Notes: a model not told the origin generated them from the letters alone. A stretch of 64,000 nt of DNA from the human T2T-CHM13v2.0 reference genome, Homo sapiens (GCF_009914755.1 NC_060938.1), one strand, 5' to 3'. Counted from the stretch's first letter, positions 1-12,798 are shown. A program made the numbers and translations.

Positions 1-1714
1 TGTAAGGCAGGATTCATCAGGATGAGTGGGCTGGGCTAGATGATCTTCAGGGACGCTCTCAGTTTCCAAGTGCTGCTAATATATGGTGTTCACTTTCGGT
101 AGAGCAGTAGAACTTCTCTGTAGAACTTCTCAGTTGTTTTTGACTTGGTCCTTTGGGGAGTATTTACTAAGCAGACAGTGTAGTACATGCTCTAGCTGAG
201 GGTCACGATGACTCAGAATCCTTGTCCTCCAGGTGTTGCAATAATCGGAGCAGCCACTTCCCTCAGCCTGGCCGCATCCAGATAAGCAGAGTGATTACGG
301 AGGTGCCTTAAGGAAGCAGCGGGTTGAGGGTGCTTTGGAGGCATGAGGAACAATTGGCCCCTATTGGAGGAAGCTTCTCTTTTGGAAAAGAAGTTGTTTG
401 AGCTATGGCTTAAGAGGGTAGGGTAAACTTAGGTGCATAGAGGGAGGTTATCCCAGGCATACAAGACAACCTGGGCCCAGGCCTCTGAGGAAGGAAAACC
501 AGTCAGGCTGGCAGACTGGACCTGGTAGGATGAAACGTGCCTGTTGGCACAGTGCCCTGCGGGTACTCTGCAGATGCAGCTGCCAGCGAGAGAGGGGGCA
601 GGGATGAGAACAGGCTGGCAGAGTAGCGTCCCTGGTGTCTGTGCTCAAAGCAGCCATAGCTTGGGCCTGCTCTGGGTGAAGGAGACGGATTTGCAGGCAG
701 CTTGGAAAGGTGCCTCTCATAAGTATCCTTCAGATCATTTATCAGTAATGCTGTGAGGACTCTCCCTTCTTTTCGTTTTTGAATCACAAAACTGCCATAG
801 AAAGTAGTTGAATTAATTAAAGACATACCTCTAATAAAAATTAAAGTCACAATGTCTAATTTTTTTTTCAATAAATTAAGGAGCATGTGAGGTTTTTTTC
901 CTTTTTTTTTTTTTTTAATGTAGGGAGTAGGGGGCAGTATTAAAAAAAAAATTCTACTGATTGAACTTTTTCTCCCAGCCCCAGAGGGTCCATGGTCATT
1001 ATGATGGCCCTAAAGCCTGGCTCTGACCCCTGCTTCTGAGCCAGGTCAGAGCAAGGCCTGGGGTGGAGGCTTCTGGGGAAATTTTGTGTTGTTGCTTTAT
1101 TAAAGGATAGTTTTGCTGAAATCACTCTATCCCTTGGGTCATATACACTGCATCACACTTTTTATAGGAGAGGGGCTATAGAAGCCTCCCCTACCCTTGG
1201 AGGTGACGTAGTATTGTAAGAAAATAGTGGGGGCAGAGCTTCGCCTGGCCAAATATATATGTGTTCTAATTGTGCTTTACACAAATTAATTATATTGTTT
1301 GAAGGTATCAAAGATGAATATTTATGAAATTATACATTAATGAAACACTTTCAAATGCCTTTCCCGTCCCCACACTGAACACAGATACACTCACTTTCCA
1401 AGCTAAAGTACTGGAATCATGGCAATTTCTTCCAATCAGTGCCAGCTCCATAATTGATGAGTTTTCACTTCCGTTATTTCATTTGAGTGTAGTGATGATG
1501 TGGATGTTGCCCTCTTACAAAAAAAAAAAAAAAAATCAATAAACTGAGGCCCAGAGCAACATGCCATGGTTAAGAACCAAATCAGTGGTAGAGCTGAGTC
1601 AGAACTGATAAACTGTGATGACTACGCTCCTGCTTGTGAAGATCTCTGCCAATGCAAGAAAATAAGGGAGAATCCAGTTTAAGTCAATTGGTATACAACA
1701 TAGTTATTACCAAG

Positions 1715-1890
1715 ACTCTGGAGTCAGGCAGGCCTGAGTTCAAATTCTGGCTCTGTCACTGGTCAGCACTACTTCAGGGCAAGTAATATAGCCCTCCAAA
1801 CCTTAATTTATATGTTTGTATAATGGGAATAGTGATCCCTCACTCATAGGGATGTTGTGAACTTTAAATAAGAATGTGCATCTGGCAATG
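1715..1890 (+). mobile_element. MIR SINE (degenerate)
   Basis: ctctggagtcaggcaggcctgagttcaaattctggctctgtcact...gggcaagt...ctcatagggatgttgtgaa resembles the MIR core; approximate ends. Confidence 0.65.
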
Positions 1891-2532
1891 ATTAAATTAA
1901 CCATTAACATTAGATTTGAATCATCTGCGTTCATTGCTGTGATAATGGAAATATGGATAATTAACAAGAGACTAATTCCCCTACAGGCCTGTTCACAAAA
2001 ACCAATATGGTATGGACAAGAGAAAAATGGTACATTATGGTGCCAAATGCTACAGCCAAAATTCTACTACCCATATCCCACAGTTTAAGAAGTAAATAGA
2101 CTTGGCTGAGAGGGAAAGAAAAAAATCAAGGCACCACAATTCTAAGCATGGAATATTGACAAGCAGAGTCTCTTGTTTTCACTCACAAACCCTTAAAATT
2201 CAGTTTGCCCCCATTATTTGTTTAACTTCTATTAATTTTATCCAAATGCAAATCTGCTTGCTTTCTAAAGCCTGAAAGAGAAATCACATAGATCAAGTAC
2301 TTAGATTGTTGGTAAATTGCTATTTGCAAATATGCGTGTGCACATGGGCATGGCTTTGGCATGGTGGGAGGAAGGGCAGGGGCACTAGAGTATAACAAAA
2401 TGTTTTAGAACAAGTTTTGATGTGTTTGCCATTCTGATTTATTAAATTTAAGGCATGTGAAATATGAGACGAGGTGTGTCTCATGTCTGTATTTGAAGCC
2501 TGCATTGACATTATTCATTTCCTGTGTTTAAG

Positions 2533-2664
2533 GAGCTGGAATATCAGAAGTCTCAGCCCCCACAGCCCGGAGATAAGTTTGTGTCTGTTGTCAGCCAGTT
2601 CATCACAGTAGCCAGCTTCAGCTTCTCTGATGTTGAAGACCTTCTAGCAGAAGCTAAAGACCTG
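2533..2664 (+). CDS. DAAM1: DAAM1 coding exon (third-last), C-terminal FH2 domain: ELEYQKSQPPQPGDKFVSVVSQFITVASFSFSDVEDLLAEAKDL
   Basis: tttaag|GAG acceptor, CTG|gtaagt donor, 132 nt (44 codons, phase 0); translation recognised as DAAM1 and in frame with the next two exons. Confidence 0.96.
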
Positions 2665-3819
2665 GTAAGTTTCCCCCTTGTGCACTGAGTGTTGTTTGAC
2701 CGGGCTGGGCTTCAGTGTGATACTTTCAGTTATTATTCTGTACGGGAAATAGCAGGAGTGAGATCCAAACTTCGTGGTGCAGGAAATAAAGTAGTAGATA
2801 ATTACTTTCCAGATTCCATTGTTTTGCATGACATAGGTGTATTTTCATTTCCAAGACTGTGATTAATCTGAACACACCCTTTTTGTCTGACTGGCCTATG
2901 TTGCCTTTAGGTTAGCAAGACCTTGAAGGCTCTGAATGGTATAAGACCAGCAAATACTTTGACAGTTTTCTCTTGGTTGAAACTGGCTTGAAGTACTTAT
3001 CTCTGGGAACCAGAAAAGAGTAGATGATGAAAACCAGGGGCAGCATCAAATGTGCAATCAGGTGTTACTAAAGCCATGTGCCTAAATTACCTCTGTGTTG
3101 TAATATGCTCATCTGAGATACAGCCTTGGAGGACAGGATACTACCTGTATAAATCTCCATCAGAACTCGCTAAAAGAGATGCATTTTAATTCACAGTCTC
3201 ATTACAAGAGGTTTTTTTTTTTTTCAGTAAGACATTTATTTTTATGATTTCTGCTATTTCACATTTTGTGTTCCCTTGGAAGAGAAATTTTTGTTGGTTA
3301 ATAACCACCACCTCTTAGCTCCCTCAGCTTCACCTCACTCCTCTCTATCTCAGGTTGTTTCCTCTTCCAAAATGCATTCACATTCATATACAAGACAGGT
3401 ACACAGTCTCTCATTTTCTATCCTCTTCTCATTCTTTATAAATGATATTAACACTCTTCCCCACCCCATTGGTTCTTTTACTCTACCCATCTCTCAGTTG
3501 CCACAACACTCTGAGTCTTTTGTTTCGAAACTTCTGTAAATGGATGTTATTTTTCTCTGGTCACCTGTTTGGTTGTAGATATGGATGATTGTTTATGTAA
3601 ATGTACACACATACCAGTTAAAGTTCAAAAGTAGGCTGTTCACATGCATTAGCTAATCTCAGCATTAAACCTTCTTTCTAACCTTATAAAATAAATGGCA
3701 ATATATGTTCAAATGGCTGCTGTCAGAGGTCCAACCTCTGATATCCCACAGTGGAAATCAGTCAACTCATGTCAGCAACCACCATTCAGACCTCCACTGT
3801 GAAAGCCCCCATCCATGTT

Positions 3820-3943
3820 TTATGTATGCCTCACCACTTTAGAGTTTGTGCTTCATAAAGGAAGAGACTCCCCCTGTTCTGTTATGTATGCCTCACCACT
3901 TTAGAGTTTGTGCTTCATAAAGGAAGAGACTCCCCCTGTTCTG
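3820..3943. repeat. Perfect 62-bp tandem duplication (3820-3881 / 3882-3943)
   Basis: ttatgtatgcctcaccactttagagtttgtgcttcataaaggaagagactccccctgttctg occurs twice back to back with no mismatch. Confidence 0.95.
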
Positions 3944-4010
3944 ATATCCCACCTGAGCAATATAGCACCTACTTCATCAAGGGGCTCAAACATTTTTGTG
4001 TGTGAACTGG

Positions 4011-4115
4011 CTGTTGTCAGCTTGTTCATCACAGTAGCCAGCATCGCGCTTCTCTGATGTTGAAGATCTTCTAGCAGAACATAAAGACCTGGTAAATTTT
4101 CCCCTTGCACACTGA
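4011..4115 (+). pseudogene. Diverged intronic duplicate of the 3' part of the DAAM1 exon plus its donor (source 2585-2688)
   Basis: Manual alignment gives about 88% identity over ~105 nt, with a 1-nt insertion; donor changed from gtaagt to gtaaat. Confidence 0.9.
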
Positions 4116-5049
4116 CTGGGGTGTGTGTGTGTAGGGGGTGGAACTTTAATCTGGGCCTGGTTTTCTTTAGATTTCTAAGATTTTGATATACATGACGTCA
4201 TGATCACTAGAATTCCTTGATAAAAAGATCACTCAGGATGGCTTGAAGTATGTGAACTTGAATGTTTTAGAAATCCAGTTGTAGACTGGCTATTGCTATT
4301 TTGTTCATACCAGAACTTTTATAAGTTAGCATATAAAACCATGGAGCAAGCTAGAACACTATATATGGCGTCTGAAGAATGTTATGTTTTTGCCCAAAGA
4401 ACTCTTTTCTAATAGAATATTTCCAAATAAGTAAAACATTGAAAACAACTCCTCAGTGAAGACAGAAATGGTAAAAAGGACACTTTTGTTACAAGTTTAA
4501 AGATATGAAATAGTAACTGTAAAATATATATAAATATAAGCCAATACTTGTTTTATTTAAAAATAAATGTTGAAAATATTTAAGGTAGATGGTATTACTG
4601 AGATATCAGAAGAATCTAACAATATAACAAAGGCAAGTAAAGCAATAAAAAAACCAATTATAAGCTGTTTGGGGGCACTGCATAAACACAGCATGGTCTA
4701 AATATGAAGAAAACTTAAAATCTGGAAAATGTTAAGTAGTTGATTGGGCGTAGGGAAAAATGTATTTGACTTTGAAGCTAGGAACACTATCCTTAGTAGC
4801 TTAGGAGTAATAACATTAGATCCTTACAGAAGGAAGTATAATTTTAACAAACAATTTGACATTGAATATTATTTGGGTAGTTATAATAATGCTAAGACTA
4901 TTGAAAACATACTATCTTGAGTTATGGAGATAACCCCTGGAAGAACTAAAAAGAGACTGGATATACTATTGTTACTGTATACATATATTTTTATTTAACT
5001 TTAAAAATTTCTTGGTATTTTGCATTTTGGCCATTTAAAAAGATTGACA

Positions 5050-5180
5050 CTGGGGCATGGTGGCATGTACCTATAGTCCCAGCTACTCAGGAGGCTGTGG
5101 CAGGATCACTTGTGCCTAGGTGTTTGAGTCCAGCCTGGGCAATGTAACATTGCAATACCCCATATCTTTTTAAAAAAAAA
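5050..5180 (+). mobile_element. Alu monomer (FLAM-like)
   Basis: ggcatggtggcatgtacctatagtcccagctactcaggaggctg...ccagcctgggcaa followed by an A tail. Confidence 0.75.
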
Positions 5181-5711
5181 TTTTTTTTAAAGATTGGCAT
5201 TGAAAGGGGTTCTAAAGCAAAGAATTTGGAATAAAATTGTATTCTCAGTCATACACTTTGGGTTGCATTAAAGATTCCATACTCAGTTGCTGTTTTCTCA
5301 CTGAGACCCTGAAAATATCTTAACAATAGCAGCATTATTTGTGATTGGGAAAAGCAGCTAAGAGGCACTGGCTCCCATTTGCTTTCTATATTGACCATAT
5401 GGCACCAGTAAATGATATTAAACTACTTCAAAGACAAGTTAAAAGTACAAGTTTCCCTCCCCCTGCTGAGTTTGCTATTAGTTTTATGTCTAGGGTGCTA
5501 TACCCTACAATATTTTGTTTTTACTACTGTTTAGTTAATAAAAAGTCATAGGAGGTCATCATACATGTTAAGCTCAAATGAGGTAGACAGGAATAAATGG
5601 TTTCAAAAGCTGAGGAGTATTACAATTTTTACTTTAGAAATGATTAATAGACATGTTCAGCAGCTGAAGATAAATATAGGCTCACTAAAATCCATCAGTT
5701 ATATTTGACTC

Positions 5712-5878
5712 AGCCGGGTGCAGCGGCACATGCCTATAGTCCCAGCTACTCGTGAGGCTTAAGAGGAAGGATTGCCCAGGAGTTTTTGGCTGTATTTTGC
5801 TGTGATCATACCTCTGAATAGCCACTAAACTCCAACCTGGGTAACATGTAAGACCCCATCTATTAAAAAAAAAAAAAA
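5712..5878 (+). mobile_element. Alu monomer (FAM-like)
   Basis: gccgggtgcagcggcacatgcctatagtcccagctactc...gaatagccactaaactccaacctggg plus poly(A). Confidence 0.75.
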
Positions 5879-5929
5879 CTAATAACATATGCATTCCAGC
5901 CTGGGCAACATGTAAGACCCCATCTCTTA

Positions 5930-6282
<353 letters not shown>

Positions 6283-6373
6283 TCAATCTGGGCTTTGGTC
6301 TTTCTCAAGTTATTTATATTTGATTGTGGAATTCTCATGAAACATTGACTTCTTAAAACCATCTTTTTCCTAG

Positions 6374-6544
6374 TTTACTAAAGCAGTGAAGCACTTTGGG
6401 GAAGAGGCTGGCAAAATACAACCAGATGAGTTCTTTGGCATTTTTGATCAATTTCTTCAAGCTGTGTCAGAAGCCAAACAAGAAAACGAAAATATGAGAA
6501 AGAAAAAGGAGGAAGAAGAACGTCGAGCTCGCATGGAAGCTCAG
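6374..6544 (+). CDS. DAAM1: DAAM1 penultimate coding exon: [57 protein letters not shown]
   Basis: tttttcctag|TTT acceptor, CAG|gtgaga donor, 171 nt (57 codons); FH2 C-terminal '[10 protein letters not shown]' motif. Confidence 0.96.
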
Positions 6545-7594
6545 GTGAGAGGATGATTAATTGACCAATTCCACCTCCTAGAAGTTCTATGACTGCAGCC
6601 CAGTCAAAGGTATTTAGAGAGCACTCTGACCTGGCAGGAAGGAAGGCTTCAATGTACTCTCTAGAATGCTGTGGGACTTTACATTGGTGTTGTTTCTCTT
6701 GGGCTATTTAACAGTGTATATTCAAAGCCTTAAAAAAAAAATCTATCCACATCCTTTGCTCTGGAATTCCATTTCTTAGCAATTATTTTAAAGAAATAAT
6801 CATAAATTTACACAAAAAAGGGCAGCATTCTTTATAATAGCACCAAGCTAAAGACAACCTAAATGTTTACCAAAAGGGGATGAGTTCTAAATGATATAAC
6901 AGCCATATAATGGAATATTTATGCAGTCCTTGAAAGACATGTATTCAAAGAATAATGATACAGAAAAAGATTTCTACATGAAATCTTTTTCTGTTTTGTT
7001 TTTTAAGGTGTGTTAATACATATAGAAAATAATAGTGGTGTGATAAACCTTTAAAAAGTTCACAGTAGTAGAATTAAAGATGTTTCCCCCACCTTCCTTT
7101 TATCTGAATTATCCAAATTGTCTACAATGTGTATGTATTAGTTGGCTTTTAATAACAGTAACTATTGTGTATCAGGTTTCAGGCTTCCACAGTAGACACA
7201 AGCTAAGCCTTTGATATAAGGAAAATGGCCTGATGACCATTTGCTTTAGTTATTTGGGGTCTATGTAATAGTGATACCTTTTTTTTAATTTTCATTAGCA
7301 GAAACACAAATTGCCTCAATTGCTCTTATTTTAACTAGAATATCATGCAGTTTACCTAGAATCTAGGTGGTGAGGGTCTAACCACAAGGGAGTGGTTGTT
7401 TTTTGTTGTCCATTGCTCCTGCAATGGAGACCCCATGTTCCAATTCCCCCTTTCTTGTGATATCCAAAGGGGGTTATAGGATGAGCATAGCTTGGTGTCT
7501 GGAGCATTACCATATTTCAAGGAATTGACCTCTACTGCAAACAAAATGCAACATTTTGACATGTCTCAAAGAGGTTATTTCTTTCTATTTGCAG

Positions 7595-7804
7595 CTCAAA
7601 GAACAACGTGAAAGGGAACGTAAAATGAGAAAAGCTAAAGAGAATAGTGAAGAAAGCGGAGAGTTTGATGACCTTGTTTCAGCTTTACGCTCAGGAGAAG
7701 TGTTTGACAAAGACCTTTCTAAATTGAAACGGAATCGCAAACGTATTACCAACCAGATGACTGACAGCAGCAGAGAGAGACCAATCACAAAACTTAATTT
7801 CTAA
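7595..7804 (+). CDS. DAAM1: DAAM1 last coding exon with DAD motif ([16 protein letters not shown] plus basic KLKRNRKR), ending ...RPITKLNF*
   Basis: ttctttctatttgcag|CTC acceptor; TAA at 7802-7804; matches the 3' part of track ORF 7556..7804. Confidence 0.96.
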   Translation, partial: LKEQRERERKMRKAKENSEESGEFDDLVSALRSGEVFDKDLSKLKRNRKRITNQMTDSSRERPITKLNF

Positions 7805-9256
7805 TTTTCCATGAATACTTTTTTTTAGAAAGCTCATTAGCAGCCCTCTAAAGTGACTAGAACGTTTCATTACACTGCCTTGCAATCCAAACAGTGGCAA
7901 TTTTTTCCTTCATCTGTGAGTGAATGTGTGAACGTGTGTATGTAAATGTATGTGTGTATATATTAAAAAATGTATATAGATGTCTGAGTGTTGTCTGGAG
8001 ACCTATACGTATGGTTAAAAAGATTTATGTTAATGTATGTGCTCCAAAACCTTTCGTGTATGCATTCACATTGAGTGTGGCTCATTTTCTTTCCCCGAAC
8101 GCCATGACTGTTCAGAAGCACAATACTATCTCCTGAAAGAGATAAGAGACATTCCCTAGATTCAAAGGCAAAACAGAAGAAACAAACAAACAAACAAAAA
8201 AAGCTTGCAAAATATTTTATGGTTTCCAAGCTTGATATCCTTTAAAATTATTTTCATTGATGGAACTGGAGTTGTTGGAAAAACATAGATTTAAAATGAT
8301 TTTTGATAGCTGACATTGTGATGTTGATGTATCACATCAGTAATAGGACCAGCTTTGAATTTCTGACATTGGTGTGGGGATACAGTCTGTAAATGTTTAT
8401 TGAGAACATCTTGCACACAATTTGAATTATGTAGAATGTCAATCAAGTTTTTGTATATTTAAAAGTTGGACATCAATTTTTTCCCCTGATTTCATCAAGT
8501 TATCTCTGCCAAGTGCTCTTGATAATTTCTTCAGATTTTTGGAAAAAAACACTATATAAATGCAATCCATGCTTTTTTTAAAGAACAACATTGCCAGAGT
8601 ATGCTTGTTCTAACAATATAGATATATAAACCTTAAAAATAATAAAATATCTCACCCAAGACTTAAAGGAAGAATTCTCTGAAGGGATAAAGATTACTAA
8701 AAAAAAAAAAAAAAAAAAAAAATTAATGGGGTGCCTTTTTGTTATAGTTTCTATTTTCTGTTTTGTAGGACAAGCTGCATTTTCTGTAAATATAGGTCTG
8801 GACTAAAGGATACATAAAGAATGCACAAAATGTCAACATCAGCAGAGATGCCCAGATCTATTTATCTCTAAGTATATTTGAAGTGATTGCTGTTTATATG
8901 TTGTCATTTTAAAATTGTGTGTCAGTAAAGCTACCTGTAAAATTTCAGTCCAAAAAAATAAAGCTCTCAGGGAGACATGAATAAAATCAATGAACATTAG
9001 AAAATAAAATATAGATGCTTACCATTAACCTACCAACTCTTAATATCCTTAAATTATGTGATATATAAAGAGGACTGTTACTTTTTTACTTTTTTTTTTT
9101 TTTTTTTTTTTTTTGGCTTTGCTTTATTTATTTGTAGTTGGGGGCTAACGTTTTCTCTTTTCTTTCTATTGATCCTGTTGTGGTTGGGTTTCCTGTGGAG
9201 AGAGTAGTTTGTCCTGTTGCACTAGAACATTATTTACTCACTAAATTGAGTTTTTC

Positions 9257-9370
9257 AGTCAATTAACAAATATTTATTAAGTTCCTACTATGTACCAGGC
9301 ATAGTAGGGCTACAATGGTAAGCAAGACAGAGTCCCTGCCCCCAAAGAGCTTATATTCTAATGGGGATAT
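9257..9370 (-). mobile_element. L2 3'-end fragment inside the 3'UTR
   Basis: caattaacaaatatttattaagttcctactatgtaccaggcatag...agacagagtccctgccccc is a typical antisense L2 terminus. Confidence 0.65.
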
Positions 9371-10319
9371 TAAGGGATGAATAGAATACCAATGTGTGCA
9401 CTGTACAGGAATCATACTATTTAAAAATAATTTGTATAAACTATAATGCTTAGCACAGATGGCGAGTTATCTGTGCTATGTGAAAGCTGTGAAATAGTGC
9501 TCTAAGAGTTGTCAAGAGCTGTGGTTTTACATCTTTTCCTCATTGCAAATTTAGTGACTTTCTACACACTATATGGAAATAAATGACTAGCAAATAAAAC
9601 AGTCATAAATACAAAGCAGAGGTTGCACTCCCCCAATCCCGAGTTAACCCAGGTCTGCAATAACACCATGTTAAAGGTGCAGATAGAGACTTGGCTCAAA
9701 AAGGCTTGGAGATGAGGAAGATTGGAATATAATGATGGTTTTGTCTGTTCCTTAACTAAAGTGCCTCTATGTATATTCTTTTCTATTTGTAGCAGGATAA
9801 ATTTGGTCTGGCTCAGTTTTGGAACTGTATTTTGAAAATGGCTTTGTCTTACAGTTTAAGGAATAGACAGGTGGAGGGAAAGTCACATAAAGGAGCAAGT
9901 TTGTGTAGCTGTCCCTCTTGCCCCTTTTAATCATCCTCCTTTGATATGGCCATCCTGGTGGGCCTCCTTTGCCATTTCCATTTTTGGTTTCTTTCCCTGA
10001 AAACTGTGTGCAGGTAATTCCATGTGCCATTGTTGAAAAGAAAAAAAAAAAACAAAAAAAAACCTACTTTTTAGATTGGTGCTGGTGTAAGTAGCCACTT
10101 TTCTCTCTTGGGTGTGTATTTTAAACTTTTTTTGTTTTTTTAAATTAATGCCAAAAAGAAAATGCATAATTTGTAAACTTAATTATATGTCTTATATCTT
10201 ATTAGCTTAGTAGTTGGAACCACTTAGTCTTTAGGTGCAAGACTGTTGTTAGATAGTACTGAGAAAAAAAAAGTATGTGTTATGAGACTGTACATGTTTT
10301 TTTAAAAATAGCAATATGC

Positions 10320-10325
10320 AATAAA
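10320..10325 (+). promoter_or_regulatory. Candidate distal polyadenylation signal
   Basis: AATAAA with an upstream TGTA element and GT/T-rich sequence downstream. Confidence 0.6.
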
Positions 10326-11364
10326 GAGATGAATTCATTGGGTGTACATATATGCTTTCTATGAATTATTAAAACAGTGTCATCAAACTGCTTTGCAGTT
10401 TCCACCATTGAATTTCAATTTTGCAAATTGTTCACTGAATCGGAAATATATACCTGTTTTTAAACTTGTACTTACTGGACCTAGAAGAATATAGTTTTCT
10501 ATTATGGCAGCATTCAGTATGTTCAGGTTATCATATGCCACCTCTTTCTATACTTGGTTTATGTATGAGTTATACAATTTCTTGTTATAACTCATGTATG
10601 GTAGGGCTACTGGTGAAATTATTCAACTAGAGTAGAGAAAATAATCTCTAGTCTCTAGAATCAAAGCCTTTTTGTTTTGAGGCATGTTTTTCTTATTAAA
10701 AATTAACTTGATATGGGTCAGTATGGGAAATGGCACCCATACAGATCAAGAAATTTGTTTATCAGTATCCTCTGAAAGTTGAAGCTTTCCCTTTGTCCTA
10801 CATCACATTTGCTGCCTAGCCACCCTTAGCTCAATTTAAGTTCACGTTGGAAACAAACTGCCCCAGTGACTGATAAAATACCCAAGCAGTCCAAACACTA
10901 ATTCTTATCATCTTTGGAATGAACTCATGATGTTCTTGTAATAGCTGACCATCTTGTTTTTTATCACCTCACTGCATGGCTTCATAGTAACAACGTTCTG
11001 TGGAGCTGACACTCAGATAGGAGAGACCCTTCTGCATGTTAGACAAATGTTATATTCCCACCCACAAACTCAGCCACTGCCTATTTGTATATTTGGGTAT
11101 GGAATTATGTACAGAACCACCTAGATCCTCAGTTGACCTTGGTGTATTAATAGAAAGGGGGGAGAATGTGAAATTTTCAGATCATATGCTTCATTGTCTT
11201 CAGTTTCCCCAAAACAATGATCACTGAAGGAAATGTGCTTCTGACAGAGGGGTGAAGTTATGTGATCCATCCAGAACTTTGCCCCTTTTCTATAACCTAA
11301 TGTGCATTTTTTTTGTTAGTCAAGGGATAACCTTTATTAAAATACTGTGCTTTCGACACAATTA

Positions 11365-12450
11365 CAGTCATGTGTCATTTAACAAGGACACATTCTGAGA
11401 AATTGTGCCAAAAGCTGATTTCATTGTTGTGCATACATCATAGAGTATACTTACACAAATGTAGATAGCATAGCCTACTACACACCTAGGCTATATGGTA
11501 TACAAAGCCTATTGCTCCTAGGCTACAAACTGCACAGCATGTTACTGCACTGAATAGTGTAGGCAATTTTAACAATGATATTTGTGTATCTAAACATATC
11601 TATAGAAAAGATACAGTAAAAATACCATATAAAACATTGAAGATGGTGCATCTATATGGGGCACTTACCATGAATGGAGCTTGCAGAACTGGAAGTTGCT
11701 CCAGGTTAGTCAGTGAGTGGTGAGTGAATGTGAAGGCCTAGGACATACACTACTGTGGGCTTTATCAACATTGTACATCTATGCTAGACTAAATTTATTT
11801 TTTAAATTATGTAATAAAACTTAGCTTACTATAACTTTTACTTTATTAACATTTAGTGTTTTGATTTATAATAACTGTTTAAAACACAGCTGTACAAAGG
11901 TATTTTCTTCACATCCTTACTCTATTAGCTTTTTTTGGTTTTTAACTTTAACTTTTTAAACTTTTTTTGTTAAAAACTAAGACATATTAGCCTATGCCTA
12001 CATGGGGTCAGGATCATCAATGAGACTGTCTTCACTACGCATCTTGTCCCACTGGAAGGCTTCAGGAGCAATAACCCGCATGGAGCTGTCATCTGTGATA
12101 ACAATGCCTTCTGGAGTACCTCCTGAAGGACCTGCCTGAGGTTGTTTTACAGTTAACTTTAAAAAAAAAATGAGTATACTTCAAAATAACACATTTGTAG
12201 TAAATAAACTAGTAACACATATCATTGTCAAGTATTAACGTACTGTTCATGTGGATGTGCTATAGTTTTATAAAACGGGCAGCTCAATAGCTTGTTTTAT
12301 GCCAGCATCACCTCAAACACATGAGTAATGCAATGCACTACAGTGTCACTAGGTGATGGGGAATTTTTCAGCTCCATTGTAATTTTATGAGACCACCACC
12401 ATATATGCAGTTCATGGTTGATTAAAACGTCGTTATGTGATGCATTACTG
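11365..12450 (+). mobile_element. Tigger3 (MER7/Golem-type) non-autonomous TcMar DNA transposon, ~1.1 kb (Tigger3b-like)
   Basis: ta|cagtcatgtgtcatttaac... and ...cgttatgtgatgcattactg termini are degenerate TIRs; internal tagcctactacacacctaggctatatgg. Confidence 0.88.
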
Positions 12451-12798
12451 TGTTCAAAAGGCTGAGTTCTGGAAGGTAAAACTTTCTGTGACTGTTTTTG
12501 TTTTTTAATAACATCAGCTGTTTCCTATAAAGTGGAAAACCTAAATTTAGCAACTTCCAAGGCTTAACAGCTACTTGATACCATTTAGTTCCATAAACAA
12601 TATCTTTGAGAACCACTAGACTATAGAGAGAGAATTAAATTCAGGGGTCTAGGGCTTCTCACATGGGGTGTTTATAAACCATCACTGTGTTGAGTTATGT
12701 GCTTATTTTCTGTGTGGTCTATATACTGTTTTAAGTATCTATATCCCTGTTGCCTCTATTGATAATAACTGAAGTCTAAAAACCTGTTGAGCCTATAA

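Larger units (their letters stand above)
7805..10348 (+). other. DAAM1: DAAM1 3'UTR (3' end approximate)
   Basis: AU-rich, largely repeat-free sequence after the stop; several AATAAA, the last one at 10320-10325 before interspersed repeats resume. Confidence 0.7.

Noticed and set aside
448-886. Overlapping 70-127 aa ORFs in a more GC-rich patch
   Set aside because: No recognisable domain or DAAM1 similarity and no convincing splice-site pair; intronic and of chance length
3747-3801. CACAGTG and CACTGTG resembling V(D)J RSS heptamers
   Set aside because: No nonamer at 12/23 spacing; expected by chance
3901-4110. 69-aa minus-strand ORF
   Set aside because: Antisense reading across the exon copy and the 62-bp duplication; no recognisable protein
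7556-7594. N-terminal extension of track ORF 7556..7804
   Set aside because: Intronic polypyrimidine tract before the AG at 7593-7594
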